A DNA stretch of 64,000 nt from Eledone cirrhosa (taxonomy: Eukaryota): the NCBI GenBank assembly GCA_964016885.1, contig OZ024746.1, positions 77,376,001 to 77,440,000 on the forward strand, read 5' to 3'. Below are positions 53,394 to 64,000 of the stretch, one piece after another. How positions within the stretch are numbered: position 1 is the first letter of the stretch; each line of letters begins with the position of its first letter. Under the pieces are notes generated by a model. The model was given only the letters and a program-made list of their open reading frames with translations, had not been told where the DNA came from and ran no database searches. Both the position numbers and the translations under genes were made by a program.

Positions 53394-53783
53394 GTACAAA
53401 GTGAAACCTACTACAGTCAGTAGGCACCTCTAACAAAATACACCCCCGTCCCACCACCCCCACCCCATCCACACCACCCCTTTCAATGTAAAGTTATGTT
53501 GGTACCACAACATCCAGCCCGAAACAAATGAGGTCGTGTAGGTGTCACGACAAAAAAAACACACAGTTCACGCTGTAATGTGGCCGTGTAGGTAACACGG
53601 TAAAAACCTCCCAGTCCACACTGTAAATGTGGTTGGTGTTAGGAAGAGCATCCAGCCGTAGAAAACCCGCCAGACAGTCCTATGCGAGCAAGACAACCAA
53701 TCTTGCCTCAAGTGGGAAAACACCCGTCCAAACCCATGCAAGCGTGGAATATGGACGTTAAACGATGATGATGATGATGATGA
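51569..53783 (+). mobile_element. RTE-clade LINE, 5'-truncated (no APE domain), with 3' UTR and (GAT)n tail
   Basis: GKAAGPS, KGKGD..NYRGIKL, FVDLEKAFDRVP, GVHQGSVLSPLLF, LLYADDL, PHD-like finger, FRYLG, HGSETW, RRLRSYGHVMR; tail ggacgttaaacGATGATGAT. Confidence 0.95.
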
Positions 53784-54735
53784 TATATATATATATATAG
53801 ACAGTTTTTGATTGCACAGTGCACTTTTCCTTGTAGTGTGTTGTCACAGACAAACAAACTGTATTGGCAACATTGCTTGTTTTACTCTACTTTACAAGTG
53901 GTGTTGTTTTTATCCCCCCCCCCCCCCCCCCCCCAATCCACTTGCTGTGATTCTGTAGTGTTTTCATGGCTGCTGCTATATCGACAGAAAATACTTAGAA
54001 TTTGAAGAGGGCAATCTTTAAGTGACACAGATAACATTGAAAATAAATAAATATACAAATAAACAAATAATTACATACAAATGAAAAACATAAAATAAAA
54101 TAGAAAGGAGTCATATGATGATGGTGAAAAGCAGTAAGCTTAGTTTCATTCCAATGTAAATTAAGTGGGCATGTACTGTCCTTAATGTTTACTTCATGTG
54201 AACCCTTTATGCTTAATAATAATAAAAAAAAAAAAATAAATAAATAAATAAAAAAAAAAAAAATTATCATCATCATTATTATTATTGTAAATGTGGTTTG
54301 CATTAGGAAGACCATACAACCGTAGAAACCAAACCAAACCAGTACTGTATGAGCAAGACAGTCACTTGATCTGACTTGTTTCAGAACTCACCTAACCCAT
54401 GCTAGCATGGAAAGATGGATGTTAAACGGTGGTGAGGATCATGATCATCAGTAGAATAAGTGGTGTTTGTGTGAATGTATGTCTGTATTTATTATATATA
54501 TAGGGATTTGTATTGGTACATGTGTTATTAGTGATAAACAGATGTGTGTGTTTGTGTTTATTGACGGAGCTAAAGGTACAATTCCATACAGTAGCTGACA
54601 AGTTTCATCACAGTTATGATGTATTAAGTTCTTCAAAGATAATTAATACTAGTAGGTGACAATTGTGTGTGTGTATTTAAAGTCAATGCTCAATGGCTGA
54701 ACTCACACTGTTTTGATGGCGACTTATCCACTTGG

Positions 54736-54793
<58 letters not shown>

Positions 54794-55151
54794 CGAACAC
54801 ATACACACACTCACTTGCATGTATCAGTATATACAAATAGAAGCACCCGCCATTCCCATCATTGCCTTTCCCAGCATGGTTGATGATACAGTGACCAGCC
54901 TAGTGATGTAAGGTGGTAGTGCTGGTGCCACAGAAAAATGCTCCCAGTACATGAGTTAAAGTGGTCGGCGTTAGGAAGGGCATGTGGCTTGAGAAATAAT
55001 GCTAATATAGAATGTATGAGTAAGACGTGGTCATCTGATCTATCTAGTTTAATCTCACGCCAACATGGAAAATATTGTAAAGTGTTGAGGAAGAGGATAA
55101 TATTCACACCCAAATGCATATATACATTTGTACATTATTATATGTATTAAA

Positions 55152-55340
55152 CGGCGGTGGATTGGCAGTATCGGTAGAGAGTCGGACGCCATGTTTTCCA
55201 GCATAGTTACGTCCCTTTACGGTCTGAGTTCAAATCCCGCTGAGGTTAACTTTGCCTTTCATCCTTACGGGGTCGATAAAATAAAGTACCAGTAATGTAC
55301 TGGGTAATTGCTGGCTTTGTGCCCAAAGTAGAAACAATTA
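55152..55340 (+). mobile_element. Full-length tRNA-type SINE
   Basis: GGCGGTGGATTGGCAGTATCGGTAGAG (A-box-like)...GAGTTCAAATCCC (B box)...gtagaaacaatta; truncated twin at 55898-56005. Confidence 0.85.
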
Positions 55341-55401
55341 TATGTATTATACATGCACCTTTGATGAGTTGTAGTGCACCTGAGCACTGTACACAATAAT
55401 T

Positions 55402-55453
<52 letters not shown>

Positions 55454-56269
55454 CATGTTCTCGTCCCACCCTTGCAAGCAGGGAAAAGTGGACGTAAAAT
55501 GAAATGATGATGATGATTGTGACATGAATGATGATTGCTGGGTGAAGAAGTGCCCAGTTATCTCAATGGAGGGAGGCAGCAATAGAGGAAGACCAAGGAT
55601 GACTGGATGGAAGTGGTGAGACCTGATCTCAGATCGCTAAAGCTCATAGAGGAGATGACAAAGGAACCCATGCAAGCATGGCACAACGGATGTAGAATGA
55701 TTATACATACAAGAAAGAGAAAGACTGATGGAAAGACAGACACAAATATAAATACAGATGTTTCTTTTAAACTGTGAAATATGTATTTATCTTCTTTGAT
55801 ATGTAATATTATATGGGATCTGTTATTAACACAGTTAAGTAAATATTACTAAGAGAGTATAATAGATCATCACTGTGCTTTTTTTTCTCCATTATTTTAA
55901 TCCCGCCGAGGTTAACTTTGCCTTTCATCCTTACGGGGTCGATAAAATAAAGTACCAGTAATACTGGGTAATTGCTGGCCTTGTGCCAAAAGTAGAAACA
56001 ATTATTTTAATCAATTTTCTCACACCCTACCAAGAAACTAAGAAACCATATAGCTTAGTGATTAGGGTGTTTCACTGATATTTGTAAGGTGTTGTGTTTA
56101 GTCTGATTTAGTAAGTATTGTAGTTTATTGTGGTGTGGGGTGGTGTTGTAGCTGTTGTAATAGTTTGTCTCATTGTTGAAAGCCTTATATCTTTGGGAAG
56201 AGGGGAAGTTATGATAGTCAGGTTTTTCCTAAGACCTATCTAATTGTGTAGTTGTTTTGCTGTAAGATG

Positions 56270-56575
56270 ACTAGCTTAGTAGTTACGGTGCTGGGCTCAT
56301 GATCATAAGGTCATGTAAAGTTAGATTCCTGGACACGGTGGTACATTGTGTCCTTCAGCAAGTTACTTTATTTCACTTTGCTCCATTCCTCTCAGCTGGA
56401 AAAACATAAACGCTGTACCTGTAATACAAAGGGCCAGCCATGTCATATTCTGTGTCATGCTGAATTTCCCCAAGAACTACATTATGTGTCGCTGTGTCTG
56501 TGGGATACTCAGCCACTTGTATGTTAATTTTATGAGCAGGTTGTTCTGTTGATGAAATAAACTGGCACACTTGTC
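56270..56575 (+). mobile_element. tRNA-type SINE, second family
   Basis: tagcttagtagtta..gtgctgggctcatgatcataaggt..agattcctggac..attgtgtccttcagcaag..actttatttcac. Confidence 0.75.
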
Positions 56576-58118
56576 ATCAAAAACAACAAAGGTCTATCTA
56601 CAACTGCAGAAACTAATGGGATTGTTGTCTTTAATGAAGTCAATTTATTACAGCTGAATGGTGATTTTAGCTCGATACTTTCAGTACCATTACCGGCTAT
56701 TTTATCATCCCATCTCATAAAGGATTTTCCATCATTTGACCATGTCTAGCAAATTACTTGTTCGTTATTCCATAACATTAGCTTATCAAATCAGAACCAG
56801 TTCTGTTGTTGCAGTGTGGTATATGAATATAGGTTTAAGCTGTGCATGAGTAGAAAGTGGGTGGCTTTCTACTGCTGTGATTATGTGTATTGCTAAATCT
56901 AAATGAGATAGAAATACAGCTAGTTAAATGGTCAGTGAAGTCAATCATTGTACAAGAGCATTTATCTGTGATATTTTGTTCACAATGCAGCTAAACTGAT
57001 GTGAAAGGATGTTAAATCAAATAGTACTCTAGCACCTTTCATTCCAGCTGATAGAACAGACAGACAGATTATTAATACACTAGATAACTAAAAGTAGTAG
57101 AATGATCCCTCATATTGGACTGGGTTTTTAAGCACATCCCACCTCACTAGTCTTCAAGGTAATCCTTTCTCAATTCTGTCTGTTTGGACCATAAGGAAAC
57201 ATCCACCTGGGATTTTGCACTTCAGAAAGACAGAACAGGCAGACAATATAGCATAACAGCTTTTCCTCAGTAGATTTAACGAGCAGGCTGTTCTGTTGCT
57301 CTAACAAATTGCGTGCTCATTGTAACTGATGAAGGCTCATCACACTCAGTCAGTGTCATACATTGAAAAAGATTGAATGAAAATGAAATTTACAGCTCAT
57401 GCCTATGTTGGTTTAACTTGCCTCCTATGAGGTTATATCTCATAGGAGGTTGCAGAGGTGGGAGGTTGTTAACCTTCAGCACGCTGTCGGTGACAAATTG
57501 CGACAAGAGAGTAATCTCCCCTTAATACATAATGCAATGTCAAGGGAAGCGATTCATAAAAAAAATTCAGTGCCCTAAAGGTTAATAATAGAGGGGATCC
57601 CAATTCTAACACGAAAAGCAATGCAAAATGAAATATCTTGCTCAAGAACATAACATACCATCTGGTCCATGAATTGAAACCACGATCTTACAGTTGTGAG
57701 TCCAAAACCCTAACCATTAACCCCCTCCTCCCATTCTCCCAGAAGTCAACCAAACTATATTGTTTCAAAGCTGGTGAAATTTATCTGGTTAACATAACAC
57801 CATGCATGCAAATACATGCGCACATATGTACTGACTCACATTTTAAAATATACCTAAGTTATATATTGATTCTTTAGACGATATTTTTGGCATCATTGTT
57901 CAAAGTATGATCTTTATATTCCCTCCCACCCTCTTTCTCCCCCTTTACTACCCCCCCCCCCCTTTTTTTCTTCGATAGAAATTAATTTCCCTGTCCTTTC
58001 ATTATTTGTTAACTTAATTATTGGGAATATATTTTCTGCTCACACACACATATATATATATACATATATACATGTATGAGTGTATGTTTATGTGTGTGTT
58101 TGTGTGTTTATATATATG

Positions 58119-58177
<59 letters not shown>

Positions 58178-58615
58178 ACACACATACATGCATACATATG
58201 TATGGGGAATAGGAAATGTAAGTAAGCTCTTTGTGTTCTCTGCTGCTATAGAAAATGTAATTACATCTTAGAATATTGTGAAAGCATCGTATCTTGGGAA
58301 CTGAGATAGCGAGTTCAAGACGTGTTGAAAGCTTGAACAAGAATTTTAATTCAATGTCTCAGATCAGATATTAAATGTTATGCTGAGTTTCTACAGGAAA
58401 ATATGTAAAATGTAGGTTTTAACCTTTCTCCTGTTATCACTTACCTAGGTGTTATTTAAATCACAGTTTTGCTTGAATAGGTTTAAATTTCATTTTTCTT
58501 ATACATACATACTGGTGCAGACATGGCTGTGTGGTAATGGAGTTTATTTTCTAACCATGTGGTTATGGGTTCAGTTTGTGTGTGTCAGAAGGTTGATCAA
58601 TGGTGTGTGAGAAAC

Positions 58616-58656
<41 letters not shown>

Positions 58657-60070
58657 GTATATGTGCCTGTCATTGTGTATGTATATGTTTATATCCTCTA
58701 ATGTATTGGTTTGACAAAAGTGAGATTGATAAAATATCAGATTTCCCAAAAATATGTACTGGGGTTGATATAGTTAATTAAATAGACTGTGCTTCAGCAT
58801 GGCCATGGTCTAATCGACTGAAACCAGTAGGAGAATAAATATACACAAGAATTGTCTACTTCTATGAATATCTTAACCTGTTTGAAAGTTTGCTGTGTTT
58901 CTCATAACTGGACTATATAACTCAAAGAAAAGTGGTTGCTAAATATTTTAGCTGGATCTACAGATTTCTGAGGAGTGTCATGTTTCACAGCAACTCTGTG
59001 TTAATAACTGTATTGGGAATTACGGAGAAAGTATAACAAAGAGCAAGGGAATGATATGAAATACAACCTCGCTAGTATAATTGGATTTTAAAGACAACTT
59101 TTTCTTTTGAATTTCAACATCTAATGAAAGCGTGTGATAAAGAGTCAGAGATCACATATTTACTTTAAGTTGGAAACAAAATAAGAATGTGTAGAACCAT
59201 TTCATTGCAATACCCAAGGATATTGGAAGTAGGAACAAAGAAAATGTTGAGTAAAAAGATCAGGATCATAGGTTTGTATTTGCAATACAGTGTGCTGAAT
59301 AATGATAGAGTCTACATCAACTTTGACCGTTAGCAATTTGTTTTTCTATCAACTGAGCTGCAAATTCATTAGAATAACATTTAAATTGGCTGAGTGTTCC
59401 ATGACCGACATGTGTACCCAACACAAAGTGATTCTCAAATGGGAAATACTTGGCCCTCAGTGGAGAACTTGGGAAGGAATCCATACTGGGAAAGAATTAG
59501 GTACACTGTATAGTCCTATACGAGCGAGACACGGTCACCTGACCACTCTTGCCTCAAGTGGGACAACTCCCGTCTAACCCATGCTAGCGTGGATGATGGA
59601 CGTTAAACGATGATGATGATGATGATGATGATATCAAATGAAATACTAGTATATCCAGTAAAGTGTGATCGCGAATTAATAGTTTACAAATAAAAAGAAA
59701 AGGAGGAAAAAATGCTGCTTCAGATTTAACCCGGTTTAGAGAGTATATGATTATTGAGGTTTTGAAAAGCTTCCTCATGTTAATATGGTGCTTCGATGAA
59801 AGAAAATATACTTGGTGACAATTCAAGATGGGGGAGTAATTGAGTAAACCTGGGATTTCTTGGGGAGGAATATGTTCTGGGTCTCTGAGACCCAGTGCAT
59901 TCTGCACACCCAGTAATGTGGTAATGCTGATACGATGTTACAATGTACCCAGTCTACTCTGTAAAGTAGTACTGTTGGTCCCACAGTAAAATACATCCAG
60001 TCCACTCTATAAAGTGGCAGTGATGCTGCTACAACAAAGTACACCTGGTCTACTATGTAAAGAGGTACGA

Positions 60071-60163
60071 CCACCACCACCACCACCACCACCACCACTA
60101 CTACTACTACCTCAACTACTACTACTACTACTGCTGCTGCTACTACCACCATCGCCACCACCT

Positions 60164-60236
<73 letters not shown>

Positions 60237-60258
60237 CACCACTATTGATGATGATGAT
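60071..60258. repeat. (CCA)n/(CTA)n trinucleotide tract
   Basis: Direct reading. Confidence 0.92.
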
Positions 60259-60746
60259 GTTGCTACAATAACAAAAGCATTTTTTCTTTGTTTTTATTTT
60301 TTAGCATCTATCTGTAGATGTAAAGTTGAGCTAAGATTATGCCATAATACAGAAATGAAATCATCCAATAATACTATTAATAATATAATAATGTTTTCTT
60401 TATTAACCACAAGGGTTGATATTAATATAATAATAAAAACGAGTGAGAGAGGGGGGGGGGAGAGTAAAAAAAAACATTTTACCTGCAAGCTTTTGATCAT
60501 CAAACTAAATAAAAAGAAATGTTTTTATTTAATTTATTTATTTATTTGTTATTGGCTGCAGCTAACACACACACACACACACACATACACACACACACAC
60601 ACATACACACACACCATTACTACTACCACCACTGCTGCTGCCATCATTATGTTAACTATGCTTTCCATGCCGACATGGGTTAAATATACATACATATATG
60701 CATGTGTGTGTGTGTGTGTGCATGTGCGCGTATATGTTTGTGTAAT

Positions 60747-60798
<52 letters not shown>

Positions 60799-60874
60799 AT
60801 TACTATCACCACTGCTGTTATTTTCATTTTAACTGCTTTTCATGCTGGCTTGTGTTACATATACATTCATATAT

Positions 60875-60910
<36 letters not shown>

Positions 60911-61251
60911 ATGCGTGTACATGTGTGTGTGTGTGTGTATGTAATAATTTTGCCTAATGCTATTGTTTTCTTTCGTTAGAAATCAGGTTGAACTGTGAAA
61001 GAAGGTTCAGTATTGTATGTAAAATATGATGTTTCATGTGAAATGCCCTAACATAACATGTTAGTGTATAAAGTAATGCTAATGCTAGCATTGTTTCACA
61101 GGTGTTCTTTCACCCCATTCCTTTTCAATATGTTGATGTTTATTAATTTAACACTACACCAATAATTCATGTTTAGCTTTGCTGTTAAAATAATGCCTGG
61201 AAATTCAAATTAAATGTATGTTATATGAAAGAAAGTTTAATATGGATATAT

Positions 61252-61576
<325 letters not shown>

Positions 61577-62619
61577 TGTGATGCAGTCACAGTGCTGTTT
61601 TGTGCTTCTCAAGAATGTCTTGCTAATGTGGTTTAATGCAGTAGGTTTGTTAATTCAAACATTTATAGTATCTTTACTAGTGGTCAGATTTTTGAGAAAA
61701 ATTTGTATTGGAGTAAAGACTGCAATTTTTAATGTGATCCAGTCATAGTGCTGTTTTGTACCTTTCAAGAATGTCTTGCTAATGTGGTTTCATGTGTTAA
61801 TGGATGGATGTTTAGAGTTAAATACCAGACTCTGTGATAAAATATTCAGTACACACATAAATACACACACAACAGTTTTTCTGTGTTTTTAAATGACTAA
61901 AACTACTCCTCCATGCAGTATATTTTCATATATATGTATTAAAGCCAAGCTTTGAGTCTTATTACTCTGCATTTTGTCCTATGTTCAAGCTTGGCCTTAA
62001 TAAACAATATATATATCTTTAAATGTATGTGTGTATATATATCTGTATGCTTATCTTGAACTGTGCATGTGTGTGTGTGTGTATATATACACACACATAT
62101 ATATACATAATGCATATATATATAATGCAAACCTATATATATATAATGTATGTTAACTGTTAAGTGTTTTCATGTTAGGTGCTGCTGCTTTTACTATTAC
62201 TACTTCCACTACTACTGCCACTTTCTTAGACCACATTTATATATCTGTATTGTCACTTTATCATTATAATTATTCTTACCTTGTGATAATAATAGCTTGC
62301 TTGTTGACACTGATTTTTCTACTATCAGTTCTTAAATAGGCAGGGAGTAGTATTGTAGGGGGAGAGGTGCTTTGTTTTGACATGGTTTCTTGAGATTTCT
62401 GACCACAGGGTAGCTTTATACCAGTGAAAAGGTCATCACACACTTATTAAGTCATATAATTATACTTGAATAATCTGGGCTTTGGTTGTGAAAGATTCTC
62501 TTCTTACACATTGTGTGGACTGGTGTCAATTTGATTATAATCAGTAAGGAGGAGAAGGGTGGGTGTGCGAGGAGGAAGGGGCAAAGAAATTCCTCACAAA
62601 CAAAATGGTTGCATTAGAT

Positions 62620-63905
62620 ACATGATAAAATGCACCCAGCCAATAGCAGTAAAGTGGTAGTGCTGGATACATTATAAAATACACTCAGCCCATACTGTAA
62701 AGTGGTAGTGCTGGATGGGTATATGATAAAATGTATCTAGCCCATATGGTAATGTGGAGCTGGTACCAAGATAAAATGCACCTAGTACATATTGTAAAGC
62801 AATAGTGCTGGTGCCATGATAAAATGAACCCACTACATACTGTAAAGTGGTACTGCTGGTACCTAGATAACATGCACCCACTACATATTGTAAAGCAATA
62901 GTGCTGGTGCCATGATAAAATGCACCCACTACATACTGTAAAGTGGTACTGCTGGTGCCATGATAAAATGCACCCACTACATACTGTAAAGTGGTACTGC
63001 TGGTGCCATGATAAAATGCACCCACTACATACTGTAAAGTGGTACTGCTGGTACCTAGATAACATGCACCCACTACATACTGTAAAGTGGTACTGCTGGT
63101 ACCTAGATAACATGCACCCACTACATACTGTAAAGTGGTACTGCTGGTACCTAGATAACATACACCCACTACATACTGTAAAGTGGTACTGCTGGTACCT
63201 AGATAAAATGAACCCACTACATACTGTAAAGTGGTACTGCTGGTACCTAGATAACATGCACCCACTACATACTGTAAAGTGGTACTGCTGGTACCTAGAT
63301 AACATGCACCCACTACATACTGTAAAGTGGTACTGCTGGTACCTAGATAACATGCACCCACTACATACTGTAAAGTGGTACTGCTGGTACCAAGATAAAA
63401 TGCACCTAGTACATACTGTAAAGTGGTACTGCTGGTACCTAGATAAAATGAACCCACTACATACTGTAAAGTGGTACTGCTGGTACCTAGATAACATGCA
63501 CCCACTACATACTGTAAAGTGGTACTGCTGGTACCTAGATAACATGCACCCACTACATACTGTAAAGTGGTACTGCTGGTACCTAGATAACATGCACCCA
63601 CTACATACTGTAAAGTGGTACTGCTGGTACCTAGATAACATGCACCCACTACATACTGTAAAGTGGTACTGCTGGTACCTAGATAACATGCACCCACTAC
63701 ATACTGTAAAGTGGTACTGCTGGTACCTAGATAACATGCACCCACTACATACTGTAAAGTGGTACTGTTGGTACCTAGATAAAATGAACCCACTACATAC
63801 TGTAAAGTGGTACTGCTGGTACCTAGATAAAATGAACCCACTACATACTGTAAAGTGGTACTGCTGGTACCTAGATAAAATGCACCTAGCTCATACTGTA
63901 AAGCA
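62620..63905. repeat. 48-bp minisatellite (~26 units) derived from the RTE 3' UTR motif
   Basis: Unit CTACATACTGTAAAGTGGTACTGCTGGTACCTAGATAACATGCACCCA; 16-aa periodicity in three ORFs; edges degenerate and grade into RTE-tail sequence (..actgtggttggcatt). Confidence 0.95.
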
Positions 63906-64000
63906 TGTGCCATTGTAAAATGCTCCTAGTTTATGCTGTAGAGTTGTAGTAGTATGGATGTCATGATGAAGTGTACCCAGTACTCACTGTGGTTGGCATT

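Noticed and set aside
57325-57350. Additional CTGATGA hits as hammerheads (also near 9682 and 43710)
   Set aside because: No stem II-GAAA-stem III follows; two lie in SINE or RTE sequence
57405-57475. Twister ribozyme (TAA...hairpin...TGCAGAG)
   Set aside because: No P4 stem with the conserved AAGC loop and no pseudoknot pairings
62672-63918. 332-413-aa repeat ORFs as a real protein, or the array as a CRISPR
   Set aside because: Units are contiguous with no unique spacers and no cas genes; they derive from an RTE UTR motif and are open on both strands with no splice or start context

Overview
Eukaryotic, AT-rich, very microsatellite-dense DNA. The repeat repertoire (RTE LINEs with (GAT)n tails, R4/Dong-like LINEs in (TAA)n, tRNA-type SINEs) is most consistent with an octopus/cephalopod genome; this is inference. 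Only one credible host coding exon is visible (3980-4135, +, phase 0-0, product not recognised), and the rest looks like a very large intron or intergenic DNA. Most supplied ORFs are translations of simple repeats. Real coding potential belongs to retrotransposons: two RTE LINE copies carrying a PHD-type C4HC3 finger just after the RT core (1-1040 -, 51569-53783 +), a near full-length but mutated R4/Dong-like RLE LINE (31827-35430 -), a 5'-truncated sister copy, and an internally deleted relative. Also present are two families of TTAA-flanked piggyBac-like MITEs that nest in each other and in SINEs, a non-autonomous Helitron, a 48-bp minisatellite grown from the RTE 3' UTR, a ~300-bp microsatellite-mosaic tandem array and a ~300-bp palindrome. 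The most striking observation is a set of short non-coding elements embedded in (TA)n tracts that carry type I hammerhead ribozymes. One is at 16468-16588 (-) and has an unusually large structured loop II. Another is duplicated in a near-perfect 156-bp inverted repeat (46969-47298), with a degenerate third motif next to it. All structures were read by eye; no folding or database search was run.
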